From assembly GCA_963842085.1 (NCBI GenBank), contig CAWJET010000001.1:1376001-1440000 (forward strand): a stretch of DNA of 64,000 nucleotides. The letters are read 5' to 3'. Shown one piece after another: positions 29,267-39,254 of the stretch. A program made the position numbers and the translations under genes. Source of the stretch: an uncultured delta proteobacterium. Lineage in GTDB: Bacteria; Desulfobacterota; Binatia; Binatales; Binataceae. The number at the start of each line of letters is the position of its first letter. Position 1 is the first letter of the stretch. The notes under the pieces are model-generated. The model ran no database searches. It worked only from the letters and a program-made list of their open reading frames with translations, and was not told the DNA's origin.

Positions 29267-29602
29267 ATGCGAATTTCGACACTCGTCATCTGCGCATTTG
29301 TGATTGGAGCCTCGCTGGCGATGCTGGGATGCGGTCATAAGCTGGTCGCGCACAACGGCGAAAGCACCGTCGCCGTCTATCCCGACGAGAATACGTTCAC
29401 GAAACTAACCGACTTGAAAAAACAGGGCGGGGTCGTCGGCGGAATGATCGGAGGGCTCGGCGAAGGACTCGCCACCAAGCAGGTCGACAACAACACCCCG
29501 GTGCGAATCATCAGCAGCGACGACAAAGGCTCGCAGATCGAAGTCCTCGACGGCGCCTTCAAAGGCCTGCACGGCTTCGTCCCGCAAGACAACGTGCACT
29601 GA
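29267..29602 (+). CDS. Hypothetical lipoprotein
   Basis: Signal peptide with lipobox (AMLGC); SD GAGGAG; C-terminal SH3-like GFVP motif. Confidence 0.75.
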   Translation: MRISTLVICAFVIGASLAMLGCGHKLVAHNGESTVAVYPDENTFTKLTDLKKQGGVVGGMIGGLGEGLATKQVDNNTPVRIISSDDKGSQIEVLDGAFKGLHGFVPQDNVH

Positions 29603-29646
29603 CGCGGACATGGCGCTTCGCGTTTCGTTCTCCTGAACCAAAGTAC

Positions 29647-29662
29647 CGTTTCACGTGAAACA
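29647..29662. other. parS: parS centromere-like site
   Basis: CGTTTCACGTGAAACA, one mismatch to the consensus TGTTTCACGTGAAACA, intergenic. Confidence 0.85.
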
Positions 29663-29715
29663 CTTTCGCTTTAAACCGCAATAGTCAGGCGGTGTTTTTC
29701 GAGAATCAGGCGAAA

Positions 29716-30969
29716 CTACGACGTCTTTCGATACTGCCGCGGACTCGATCCGATCACGCCGCTGCGCTCGAGTTCCGCGATATCTTCGTCCGTCATTGCG
29801 AGCAGCTCGGCAAAGACCTGGCGGTTGTGCTCGCCCAGCAGCGGCGCGGGAGTATCGGCGCGCAGCGGAGTCTCCGGGAGGCGCGCGACGGCGCCCGGAT
29901 ACAGATGCGTCCCGACCACGGCGCGATCGATCGCGACGAAATACTCGCGGCTTTGGATTTGCGGATCGGCCATCACCGCCGGCGCCGAATTGACCGGCGC
30001 GGCGAGCACTCCCGCCTCACGCAGCCGCGCGACGCAATCGTCGGCGTTCAGCTGCGCAATTGCGCCGGACAGTTCGGCTTCGAGCGCGTCTTCATTGTCT
30101 TTGCGGTCCGGCGCGCCGGCAAAGCGTTGGTCATCTGCCAGGTGCGCGATTCCCAGCGCGTCCGCCAGACCTCGCCACTGATCGTCGGTCTCGCAGGCAA
30201 GCGCGATCCAGTTGTCGTCTCCCGCGCAGCGGTAGATTCCGTGCGGCGCATGCTCGCGATGCCGGTTGCCGCGCGCAGCGGGTACCTTGCCCATGAACTG
30301 ATATTCAAGGATCGCCTCTGCGACGAACGGAATCAGCGACTCGACCTGCGCCAGCTCGATCAACTGCCCGCGCCCGGTGCGCTCGCGCTCGCGTAGCGAC
30401 ACCATCAGCGCGAATACGCCGTGCAATCCGCCGACCGGATCGCCCAGCGCGTTGCTGAGCGTGTAACGCTGCCCGTTGCCGTCGTGATACCCGGTCAATC
30501 CCGTCACGCCCGCCATCGCCTCGACCGTGTTGCCGTAGCCGCGCGCGTTGCATTCGGGACCGTCGAGCCCGAACGACGGCATCGAGATCATGATCAGCCG
30601 CGGATTGAGCGCGCTCACCGATTCGTAGCTGAGTCCGAGCCGCTCCATCACGCCCGGACTGAAATTCTCGATCAGGATGTCGGAGACCTTGATCAGCCGC
30701 TTCAGGATTTCGATTCCGCGCACGCCGGCGAGATCGAGCGTGACGCCGCGCTTGCCGCGATTGGCGGTATTGAAAACCGCCGCGCGCTCGATCGGCTGCA
30801 TCTCCGGCGGCGCCATCGACAGCGAGCCGCGCCACCAGTCGAAGTGATGCGTATCCTCGACCTTGATCACCTCGGCGCCCATCTCGGCGAACATCTGGCC
30901 GGCCAGCGGCCCCGCCCATCCCATCGAGAGGTCGAGCACGCGCAGCTTGCCGTCGAAGATTGAGTTCAT
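29716..30969 (-). CDS. Class III CoA-transferase (CaiB/BaiF), catalytic Asp retained
   Basis: WAGP, GAEVIKVE, NRGKR, ENFSPG, ALGDPVGG. Confidence 0.93.
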   Translation of the reverse strand: MNSIFDGKLRVLDLSMGWAGPLAGQMFAEMGAEVIKVEDTHHFDWWRGSLSMAPPEMQPIERAAVFNTANRGKRGVTLDLAGVRGIEILKRLIKVSDILIENFSPGVMERLGLSYESVSALNPRLIMISMPSFGLDGPECNARGYGNTVEAMAGVTGLTGYHDGNGQRYTLSNALGDPVGGLHGVFALMVSLRERERTGRGQLIELAQVESLIPFVAEAILEYQFMGKVPAARGNRHREHAPHGIYRCAGDDNWIALACETDDQWRGLADALGIAHLADDQRFAGAPDRKDNEDALEAELSGAIAQLNADDCVARLREAGVLAAPVNSAPAVMADPQIQSREYFVAIDRAVVGTHLYPGAVARLPETPLRADTPAPLLGEHNRQVFAELLAMTDEDIAELERSGVIGSSPRQYRKTS

Positions 30970-32168
30970 GTCGTGCCCGCTCTTTTCAGTGAATCTATCG
31001 CGCTGTCGCTTAGTCCCAATCGCGACCCGAAGATTTCGCGATTGTGCTCACCGAGGCGCGGCGCCGGCCGCGAGGCCTCCGCGCGATGCGACGTCAAGCG
31101 CAGCGGTGTCCCCGGCACGCGAATCTTGCCGAGCACCGGATCGTGGATCGTCTCGAAGTAGTTGCGCGCCCGCGTCTGCTCCCACTCGAGCACCTCGGCC
31201 ACGCTCGGTATCGGCACCAGCGGAATCGCGCGGCGCTGCCCCTCGCGATAGAGCCACCTGCGTTCGCGCCCGAGGAAAAACTCTTCGACGATTTCGAGGA
31301 TCGCGTTGTTGTTGAGCATCCTGTTCAGCGCGGTGTTGAAGCGCGGATCGGCAGCCAGCTCGCGACGCCCCATCAGATCGCACAGTCCTTCGAACTGCTT
31401 GTCGGTCACGCAATGCAGGCCCGCGTATCCGTCCTTGCATTTCAGCGTCACGATCAGAAACGGGCCCATTGCGAAGCGCTTGCCCTCGCGGCCGCGCACA
31501 ATCCCGGTGTACTGAAAGGTGACGGTCTCGTAGATCATCGTGGCGACGGTCGCCTCGAGAATCGACACGTCGATCTGCTGCCCGTGGCCGAGTCCCAGGT
31601 CGCGCGCCGCAAGCGCCTGCATCGCGGCAACCGCCGCATACAGCGCGCCGACGTATTGCGCCAGCGCGCCCGGCGGCGTCAGCGGCTCGCGCTCGCGCTC
31701 GCCGACCGGAAACGTCCATCCGCCGCGCGCGAACAGCACCAGGTCATTCAACTTGCCGTCGCGTTCCGGCCCGTCTTGCCCGAAATTCGAAATCGAAACG
31801 ACCGACAGCTTGGGAAACCTGGCAATCAACTCGTCGGGCGCCAGACCATGTGCGGCGAGAGTGCCGGGCGCGAAGTTTTCGATCAGGAGGTCGGCGCCGT
31901 CGAGCAGTCCTGCGAGGAGTTCGCGGCCGCGCTCATGCTTCAGGTTCAGCGTGACGCCCCATTTGTTGAGATTGAGAAACGCAAACAGTCCCCCGCGCTC
32001 CTCGTCGCTCGCGCGATTCGGCCCCAGCCTGCGTCCGCCCTCTCCCCACGGCGGCTCGACCTTGACGACGTCGGCGCCCATGTCCGCCAGCAGCTTCGTG
32101 GCGTAAGGCCCCGCAATGAAGTGAGTGAGATCGACGACGCGAACGTCGCTCAGTGCACGGTATCGCAT
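30966..32168 (-). CDS. Class III CoA-transferase (CaiB/BaiF), apparently lacking the catalytic Asp
   Basis: IAGPYATKLLADMGADVVKVEPP, ENFAPG, SNFGQDGP; LAQY at the Asp position. Confidence 0.92.
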   Translation of the reverse strand: MRYRALSDVRVVDLTHFIAGPYATKLLADMGADVVKVEPPWGEGGRRLGPNRASDEERGGLFAFLNLNKWGVTLNLKHERGRELLAGLLDGADLLIENFAPGTLAAHGLAPDELIARFPKLSVVSISNFGQDGPERDGKLNDLVLFARGGWTFPVGEREREPLTPPGALAQYVGALYAAVAAMQALAARDLGLGHGQQIDVSILEATVATMIYETVTFQYTGIVRGREGKRFAMGPFLIVTLKCKDGYAGLHCVTDKQFEGLCDLMGRRELAADPRFNTALNRMLNNNAILEIVEEFFLGRERRWLYREGQRRAIPLVPIPSVAEVLEWEQTRARNYFETIHDPVLGKIRVPGTPLRLTSHRAEASRPAPRLGEHNREIFGSRLGLSDSAIDSLKRAGTT

Positions 32169-32170
32169 CG

Positions 32171-32680
32171 TCAGCGCGGCCCGCGTTCGATAGCGTCGAT
32201 CATGCGCCGGTAGTTCTGTTCCGCCAGCGGCATGTGTACGATTTCAAACTTCATTCGATCAGGTCCCAGAAAATAAAGTGCGTAGTAACCGCCCGGTCCG
32301 AACGGGAACTCGCCCGGACCGTCGAGAATCTCCGCGCCGAGCGAACGCACCAGCTCGAACGCCTCATCGACCTGCTGGTGCCGCTGGACGTTGAAGGCCA
32401 CGTGATGCAGGCCCGGCGCGTAAACTTGGAAGCGATGCTCCGACAGCTCGGGCTTCGCCTGCCAGATGTTGAACGCGGTCCCGTTGGACTCATTGAGATT
32501 GACCGTGAGCCGGCCGCCAGTCCGCGTATCCTGAAAAATTCCGCCGACCGTGTAGCCGAGGAATTTCAGCAGCGGCCCAAAAAATTTCACGGCCTCGGGC
32601 AAATCGCGGACGGTGATCGAGACGTGATTGATCGATCCATGAAGATCGGGTTTGGGGAGTGGCAGCGTGCGTTCCGGCAT
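32171..32680 (-). CDS. VOC/glyoxalase family protein
   Basis: INHVSITVRD, GLHHVAF, YYALYF.GPD..KFE. Confidence 0.88.
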   Translation of the reverse strand: MPERTLPLPKPDLHGSINHVSITVRDLPEAVKFFGPLLKFLGYTVGGIFQDTRTGGRLTVNLNESNGTAFNIWQAKPELSEHRFQVYAPGLHHVAFNVQRHQQVDEAFELVRSLGAEILDGPGEFPFGPGGYYALYFLGPDRMKFEIVHMPLAEQNYRRMIDAIERGPR

Positions 32681-32784
32681 CGGTCGAATTCAGCGTATCG
32701 AGGCGAAGCTGTCAAATGAATCTTGCCGCCGCTGAGTATCCCGCGGCGCTGATGGGCTCGATCAACCGCTAACGTCGCCGCAAG

Positions 32785-33408
32785 CTAGACCTTCGGCACT
32801 TCCATGCCCTTCTTCACGGCCGGGCGCGCGCCGACCGCCGCGATCCATCGCCCGACGTTCGCACTCTCGCCTACCACGTGGGGTTTCACGGCTTTGATCG
32901 CGGGGAAGCCGACGACGAGCCACGGGTAGGTCGCAATGTCCGCGATCGAGTAGTCGCCCGCGATGTACTCGGTATTCGCCAGCTGATTGTCGAGTACCTT
33001 GATCAGCCGAGCCGACTCGTTGGCGTAGCGATCGATCGCGTATGGAATTTTTTCAGGCGCCGCGTTGACGAAATGGCCCGCCTGTCCGAAGATCGGACCG
33101 ACATTTGCCATCTGCCAGAACAGCCATTCGAGCACTTTCGCGCGCCCCGGATTTTTGGCCGGGAAGAACTTGCCGGTCTTCTCCGCCAGATGCACGAGTA
33201 TCGCGCCCGACTCGAAGATCGAGACGCCTGCATCGTGATCGACGATCGCGGGAATCTTGCTGTTCGGGCAAATCTTTACGTAGTCGGGCTTGAACTGGTC
33301 GCCGTTGCGGATGTTGACCGGATGCACTGAGTACTCGAGGCCGCACTCATCGAGCATGATTGCGGGCTTGCGGCCGTTGGGCGTGGTCCAGCTGTAGAGA
33401 TCGATCAT
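32785..33408 (-). CDS. Glutathione S-transferase-like disulfide oxidoreductase (YfcG type)
   Basis: MIDLYSWTTPNG, PNSKIPAIVD, FESGAIL, YSIADIA. Confidence 0.92.
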   Translation of the reverse strand: MIDLYSWTTPNGRKPAIMLDECGLEYSVHPVNIRNGDQFKPDYVKICPNSKIPAIVDHDAGVSIFESGAILVHLAEKTGKFFPAKNPGRAKVLEWLFWQMANVGPIFGQAGHFVNAAPEKIPYAIDRYANESARLIKVLDNQLANTEYIAGDYSIADIATYPWLVVGFPAIKAVKPHVVGESANVGRWIAAVGARPAVKKGMEVPKV

Positions 33409-33549
33409 CGCAATAATTCCTTCGTGGCGAGGGTGATTACTCGTTGCTATCACACTGCCTGATCTCAGCCCACCGCGTTTCTGTTGCGCACGAGTTCGAA
33501 GCAGAGGCAGAATCCTGAATCGCGCGCGAAATAGCGCGCTGGATAACGA

Positions 33550-33585
33550 CCCTCACCTTCATCCTCTCCCTTGCCGGGAGAGGGA
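33550..33585. repeat. REP-like hairpin element CCCTCACC...CCTCTCCC-N5-GGGAGAGGG
   Basis: Perfect 8-bp stem 33563-33583 with CCCTCACC leader, in the form of common intergenic palindromic repeats; single copy in this window. Confidence 0.5.
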
Positions 33586-33624
33586 ATGCAGTCCTGAGCG
33601 GTTTCGCTCACGAGGAGAACTACC

Positions 33625-34854
33625 ATGCAAAGTGTTGCCGAAATCGAAGCGAGTCCCGAGGTACAGGACCTGCGCAATCGCGTTTCCGGTTTTCTGAGCG
33701 AGCTGATCTATCCCAACGAGAAAATTCTCGAGCGCGGCGGCGAGGAGTCCTCGCGCGCGATGAAGGCAATCCAGGCCGAGGCGAAAAAACGCGGGCTGTG
33801 GGCGCTCGGCCTGCCCAAAGAGATCGGCGGCGGCGGACTCGAGTTCATGCCTTACGTGTTCGTCAATGAAATCGTCGGGCGCAGCGAGTACGCGATCGCC
33901 GGCCTCGGCACGCATTCCGCGCAGGACGCGACCATGCTGCACCTGTACGGAAATCCCGAACAGAAAAAACGCTGGCTCGCGCCGCTGGTCAACGGCGACA
34001 TCTATCCGAGCTTCTCGATGACAGAACCCGAAGTCTCCGGCGCCGACCCGACCGGATTGCGCACGCGCGCGGTGCAGGACGGCGACGAATGGGTCATCAA
34101 CGGCCACAAGTGGTTCACCAGCGGCGCCAACGTGGCCGCGTTCTCGACCGTGATGTGCGTGACCGAGCCCGACGCGCCCGCGCACGAGCGCTTCAGCATG
34201 ATCGTCGTCCCGACCGACACCAAGGGCTACCAGATCGCGCGCATCGTGCCCGTGATGGGCGAGACCTCGGGCGGGCATTGCGAGATCAAATACACCGACG
34301 TGCGCGTGCCGCTGACCAACCTGCTCGGTCCGCGCGGGCAGGCGTTCAAGATCGCGCAGAAGCGGCTCGGCCCCGGCCGCATCTACCATTGCATGCGATG
34401 GCTGGGGCAGGCGCAGCGCGCGTTCGAGCTGATGGTGGAGCGGGCGATCAATCGCCACGCGTTCGGCGGTCCGCTCTCCGACAAGCAAACGATTCAAAAC
34501 TGGATTGCCGATTCGGCCGCCGAGATCCAGGCCGCGCGATTGCTCACGCTCAACGCGGCGGCGAAGATCGACGCCGGCGACGAGGCGCGCGTCGAGATAT
34601 CGCTGATCAAGTTCTTCGGCGCCAAGGTGCTGCACGACGTTATCGATCGCGCGATCCAGGTGCACGGCGCGATGGGCGTGTCGGAGGACACGCCGCTGGC
34701 CCGGATGTACCGTCACGCGCGCTTCGCGCGCATCTACGACGGACCCGACGAAGTGCATCGGATGGTGGTATCGCGGCGAATCGTCAGCGAGTTCAAGAAG
34801 GGCCGCAAGTGGGACTTCGGCCGCGGCATCGCGACCGACGGAAAGAAAAACTGA
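33625..34854 (+). CDS. Acyl-CoA dehydrogenase family protein
   Basis: FSMTEPEVSGADP, INGHKWFTSG, RLGPGRIYHCMR, QVHGAMG, RIYDGPDEVH. Confidence 0.95.
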   Translation: MQSVAEIEASPEVQDLRNRVSGFLSELIYPNEKILERGGEESSRAMKAIQAEAKKRGLWALGLPKEIGGGGLEFMPYVFVNEIVGRSEYAIAGLGTHSAQDATMLHLYGNPEQKKRWLAPLVNGDIYPSFSMTEPEVSGADPTGLRTRAVQDGDEWVINGHKWFTSGANVAAFSTVMCVTEPDAPAHERFSMIVVPTDTKGYQIARIVPVMGETSGGHCEIKYTDVRVPLTNLLGPRGQAFKIAQKRLGPGRIYHCMRWLGQAQRAFELMVERAINRHAFGGPLSDKQTIQNWIADSAAEIQAARLLTLNAAAKIDAGDEARVEISLIKFFGAKVLHDVIDRAIQVHGAMGVSEDTPLARMYRHARFARIYDGPDEVHRMVVSRRIVSEFKKGRKWDFGRGIATDGKKN

Positions 34855-34875
34855 CTCTGACGGTTAGCGCGATCG

Positions 34876-35235
<360 letters not shown>

Positions 35236-35357
35236 TCAGACTGGCCGCGCGGGACATATGCCGGCCTCCGCCCCATCCTCCAATAACCATTCTCTCAAGA
35301 TGCCGATGGTTCAAGTCCCCTGTTTCGGGCTTGCGCCGCGACGGCTCCGCGCGGCGC

Positions 35358-35756
35358 TTACTTGCTGAAAAACACCTCGCGCGCGTGATTGGTATCGTTA
35401 TACTCGCGCACCTCGGCAATCTTGTCGCCGTCGAAGCGGATGTCGAAGTGGTAGCGGTTGTTGTATTTCTTGCCGTTAGCCGCGACGGTATTCGATTCCG
35501 CCTGCACCGCGCATCGATTGCCTTCGCAAATGATGGTCTCGATTTTCAAGCCGAGTCCGCCGGGCATCATCGCCTTGATCACTTTGGCGAGATTGCGCAG
35601 CCCGTCGTGGCCCTTGACCGGCGGTATGCCTTCCATCCGGGTCATAACCTTCCACTCGAAGTCGTTGGCGACCATCGTGGCGAGACGCACCGGATCGGGG
35701 TCTTCAAACTCACTGAGAAAATCTGCGGCTAGTTCCTTTTTTTCGGCTGTATTCAT
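35358..35756 (-). CDS. SnoaL-like/NTF2 family protein
   Basis: EGNRCAVQAES...NGKKYNNRYHF...KIAEVREY.DT. Confidence 0.88.
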   Translation of the reverse strand: MNTAEKKELAADFLSEFEDPDPVRLATMVANDFEWKVMTRMEGIPPVKGHDGLRNLAKVIKAMMPGGLGLKIETIICEGNRCAVQAESNTVAANGKKYNNRYHFDIRFDGDKIAEVREYNDTNHAREVFFSK

Positions 35757-35836
35757 TGGCCTCACTCCTCGCTGGCTACAGACAGATACCTAGTCGATCC
35801 CGCGAGATTGCGCCAACATCCAGCGCAATCGATGAC

Positions 35837-35852
35837 GCAAGCGCGATGCCAA
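35837..35852 (-). promoter_or_regulatory. Sigma54 (-24/-12) promoter
   Basis: Minus strand TTGGCATCGCGCTTGC closely matches the TGGCA-N6-TTGC consensus, upstream of the SnoaL-like gene and glnB. Confidence 0.7.
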
Positions 35853-35956
35853 AGGCCATCGACCATTGCGATGCGCATTGCCGCATCACAATTATAGCTC
35901 GGCTCAGCCTCCGGGATGCTTAACTGGCGGGCGTCCGATTAATTGGCAGGCACTGG

Positions 35957-36562
35957 CTAGGACGCAGCGCTGTCGCTGGGCTTGGGCTGGAACCTGGGCT
36001 CTTCGCCGCGCGACAGGCGCTGGATATTCTCGCGATGACGGAACAGCACCAGCGCCGTCATCAGGATCGCGAGCAGCAAGTAGTGATGCGGCAGGGCCAG
36101 GGCTGCGACCGTCGGCGGCAACGCGATCGCCGCGCCCATCGACGCCAGCGACATGATCCGGCTAATCGCAAAGACCACGGCGAACACCGCGAGCGCGATC
36201 AGAATCACCGTCGGCGAGATCGCGAGCCAGATTCCCAGCGCACAAGCGACGCCTTTGCCGCCGCGAAAGCCGAGAAACACCGACCAGATCGAGCCGATGA
36301 AAGCGGCGAGCGCGGTCCACGCGATTGCCGCCGCCTGAAAGCCAAGGGCTCGCGCGACGATCACCGGAATCGCGCCTTTGAGCGCGTCGCCAACCAGGGT
36401 GATCACGGCGGCACTCGCACCGCCGGCGCGCGCGACGTTGGAGGTCCCGATATTGCCGGAGCCGACCGCGCGCGGATCGAAGCCGCGCACGCGGCCGACG
36501 ATCACGCCGGTCGGAATCGAGCCGATTAGATACGCGCCGAGTATCAGTAGTGTTTCAATCAT
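35957..36562 (-). CDS. plsY: Glycerol-3-phosphate acyltransferase PlsY
   Basis: YLIGSIP, GSGNIGTSNV.R, GFRGGKGVA, RHRENIQRL..GEE. Confidence 0.95.
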   Translation of the reverse strand: MIETLLILGAYLIGSIPTGVIVGRVRGFDPRAVGSGNIGTSNVARAGGASAAVITLVGDALKGAIPVIVARALGFQAAAIAWTALAAFIGSIWSVFLGFRGGKGVACALGIWLAISPTVILIALAVFAVVFAISRIMSLASMGAAIALPPTVAALALPHHYLLLAILMTALVLFRHRENIQRLSRGEEPRFQPKPSDSAAS

Positions 36563-36611
36563 AGTCGTCACACCGAGAGTCTGCGAGTTTTTTCAGCCGG
36601 CACGCAGCTCG

Positions 36612-36910
36612 TGTCATCCTGACGAGGCGAGCGACGCGAGCGGATGGAAGGATCTCGGATAGCGGCGCGCGCTTGTTTGTCATCCTGACGAAGCGAGCAT
36701 CGCGAGCGGATGGAAGGATCTCGGACAGCGGCGTGTAAGCGCCGCCGGTTCCGGTTTTGCGTCGCTGCATCCGATCAGAATCCGCAGCCTTGCGTGACGA
36801 CATCGGCAAAGGACCGCTTCGCGATTTCAAAACCGGTGCCGGCTTCGCTGGCGCGAAGCGGTCCGAGATCCTTCACTGCGCTCGCGTTGCTCGCTTCGCT
36901 CAGGATGACA
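36612..36910. repeat. Cluster of three palindromic repeat copies (two direct at 36612 and 36678, one inverted ending 36910), REP/MITE-like
   Basis: TGTCATCCTGAC...GCGAGC...GCGAGCG...GAAGGATCTCGG seen twice plus its reverse complement; same family as 29080. Confidence 0.88.
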
Positions 36911-37019
36911 ACTAATGCCGGCAGTGCAGATGTGCGCTGAAAAAAATTCACAGACTCTGAGGCGGGAGCAGGTTTCACAGTCGCACCCGACTTACGAAGG
37001 AGCTTCACTGAAAAAGAAA

Positions 37020-37094
37020 TCGGGGTGACTGGATTTGAACCAGCGACTCCTGCGTCCCGAACGCAGTGCTCTGGCCAGGCTGAGCTACACCCCG
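37020..37094 (-). tRNA. tRNA-Pro (anticodon CGG)
   Basis: Reverse complement CGGGGTGTAGCTCAGCCTGGCCAGAGCACTGCGTTCGGGACGCAGGAGTCGCTGGTTCAAATCCAGTCACCCCGA folds to a cloverleaf; CCA not encoded. Confidence 0.97.
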
Positions 37095-37211
37095 TCTCCG
37101 GTTGAACGTGATCGGGAAAGTACAGACGAGTGGTTATAGCATCCGAGGCGCAACCGCGCGAGTCCGCCGAACTGGCGCGCAATTGGCGTCGCGAAAAAAA
37201 TCGCCGTGGGT

Positions 37212-37820
37212 TCAGAACCGCGGAAGTGCGCTTTCGAGCCATGCACCGATAGGATTTGAGACCATGCGCGGCGACGGATGATAGCGATAATGATGCCACC
37301 TGGATCGGACGTATGCATGCCGGGGGTGGTATGAAATGTAGCTCAAACGCGGACGTTCGGCGGCGACGGAGCTTTCAGCGTATGCCGGCGTGCTTCTCGC
37401 AGTTGGCGTCACCTGCACTCTGCCGACGCCCTTCCCGGTCAACCCGATTTCGCGCGCTGCGCCGTGTGACAGGTCAAGTGAGCGGCCGCACACGAACGGG
37501 CCGCGATCGTTGATTCGAACCACCACCGACCTGCCGGTATCGGGGTTCGTCACCCGCACGTGCGAGCCCAGCGGCAGCGTGGTGGACGCCGCCGTCAAGC
37601 CCTCGGGATTGTAAATCTCGCCGGTGCTGGTAGGCCGTCCCGCGAAGCCGGGCCCGTACCATGAGGCGACTTCGGTGCGCGCCCCGCCATAGTTTCGGGG
37701 CGCGTAGTAGCTTGCTGTCGGCACCGGCTGGAAATTCTGTGAAGAGCATCCACCGATAAGAAACGCCAGCGCGACGAGCGTGACTCCGAGGATCCAGCCA
37801 GGAAATAGTTGCGGTTGCAT
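37212..37820 (-). CDS. rlpA: RlpA family lipoprotein (DPBB lytic transglycosylase)
   Basis: Lipobox IGGC, ASWYGPGF.G..T..GE, TAAS.TLPLG, VRINDRGPF, DLS. Confidence 0.9.
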   Translation of the reverse strand: MQPQLFPGWILGVTLVALAFLIGGCSSQNFQPVPTASYYAPRNYGGARTEVASWYGPGFAGRPTSTGEIYNPEGLTAASTTLPLGSHVRVTNPDTGRSVVVRINDRGPFVCGRSLDLSHGAAREIGLTGKGVGRVQVTPTARSTPAYAESSVAAERPRLSYISYHPRHAYVRSRWHHYRYHPSPRMVSNPIGAWLESALPRF

Positions 37821-37844
37821 CGCGCGCCGGCCCTGATTTGCAGC

Positions 37845-39254
37845 TTAGCGCCGAATCAACCGCGCGGCAAAGAATCCGTCGAGTCCGCCGACGTCGGGCC
37901 GCGTCCGCATGAATCCTCGCGCATCGATAACGTCTCCAAACCCGCCTCTAACCGCTACCCCGCGATCGATTTCGAAATCAGCGTGACGCGCGAGGAATCC
38001 ATCGACCACGCCTTCACCCTCGGCGGGCGCGATGCTGCAAACCGAGTACACGATTGCACCGCCACGACGCACGAGCGCCGCCGCATTCTCGAGCATCCGC
38101 GATTGTGTCGCCGCCATTCGCGCCGGGTCGGTTGGCTTGAGCCGCCACTTGATCTCCGGATGCTCGCGCAAGGTCCCGATTCCCGTGCACGGCGCGTCGA
38201 GGAGCACGTACTCGAAGCTCGAGGGTGCAAGCGGCGCGGCTGCAGTCAGATCGGCGCAAACAAACTCGATGTTGCGATGCCGCAGTCGGCGCGCCAGGCT
38301 GCGCGCGTTCTTGAGTCCGTTGAAATTGAGATCCACCGCGACCACTCGGCCGCGTTCGCCGACGAGCTCCGCGAGATGCGTCGCCTTGCCGCCCGGCGCC
38401 GCCGCACAATCCACCACCGTTGCATCGGCGCGCGGCGCCAGCATTCGCACGACCATCTGCGACGCCTCGGATTGCGCATGGAACAGGCCCTCGCGATAGG
38501 CGCGCGACTCGAAATTCGGCGCGCCCCTCAGCACGATCGTTTCGGGTGCGCGGCCGGGCGCGCCGATCGCGAAACCGTCGGCGCTCAGTTTCTCGATTAT
38601 CTCCGCGCGGGAGCCGCGCGCGAGATTCAGCCTCAGCACGTTGGGCGCGGCGTCGTTGTTCGCCGCCATCAGGCGCTCGGCACTCGCGACTCCGAACCAA
38701 TCGACGAATCGCTCGACCATCCAGCGCGGATGCGAATACGCAACGGCGAGATAACTTTTCTCGCTTTTTTCACCCCGCTCGCGCGCCGGCATCGGCGCCG
38801 TCTCGCCTTTCGTTGTCGCCCGGCGCATCACTGCGTTGATGAAGCCCGACGCTTTGCGCGCTTCGGGAATTCGTTTAGCCAAACTGACCGCGGTGTTCAC
38901 CACTGCGTGACTCGGAATCCGGTCGAGAAATCGAAGCTGAAAAAGCCCCATTCGCATGATCGCGAGCGCCGCGGGTTGAATCCCGGCGAGTTTGCGCCCG
39001 GTCAGATGGGCCAGCTCATAGTCGAGGCGTCCCTGCCACGCGAGCGTACCGAGAACCAGGCGCGTGATCAGGCGGCGATCGGCAGGCGCAAATTCGGGCA
39101 AGCGCGCGCCCAGCAGAACGTCGGCGTACGCGGACTCCTGGTCAACGCGGTACAGAATCTCGACCGCCGTCAGCCGCGACGCGAGGCCTTCGTCCATCCG
39201 CGTCCGCGAGCTCGATGGTGCGCCGACTTTCACTTTCGCCGGTTCTTCGCTCAT
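37845..39254 (-). CDS. rsmB: 16S rRNA m5C967 methyltransferase RsmB
   Basis: NusB-like N-terminus, SHPRW, DCAAAPGGKA, LDAPCTG.G, YSVCS, DGFF. Confidence 0.95.
   Translation of the reverse strand: MSEEPAKVKVGAPSSSRTRMDEGLASRLTAVEILYRVDQESAYADVLLGARLPEFAPADRRLITRLVLGTLAWQGRLDYELAHLTGRKLAGIQPAALAIMRMGLFQLRFLDRIPSHAVVNTAVSLAKRIPEARKASGFINAVMRRATTKGETAPMPARERGEKSEKSYLAVAYSHPRWMVERFVDWFGVASAERLMAANNDAAPNVLRLNLARGSRAEIIEKLSADGFAIGAPGRAPETIVLRGAPNFESRAYREGLFHAQSEASQMVVRMLAPRADATVVDCAAAPGGKATHLAELVGERGRVVAVDLNFNGLKNARSLARRLRHRNIEFVCADLTAAAPLAPSSFEYVLLDAPCTGIGTLREHPEIKWRLKPTDPARMAATQSRMLENAAALVRRGGAIVYSVCSIAPAEGEGVVDGFLARHADFEIDRGVAVRGGFGDVIDARGFMRTRPDVGGLDGFFAARLIRR

Noticed and set aside
36612-36910. 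Possible CRISPR array
   Set aside because: Units are over 50 bp, in mixed orientation, without regular unique spacers and with no cas genes; REP/MITE-like instead
37020-37094. tRNA-Pro as an island integration site
   Set aside because: No duplicated tRNA 3' end or integrase noticed in the window; only short repeats lie downstream
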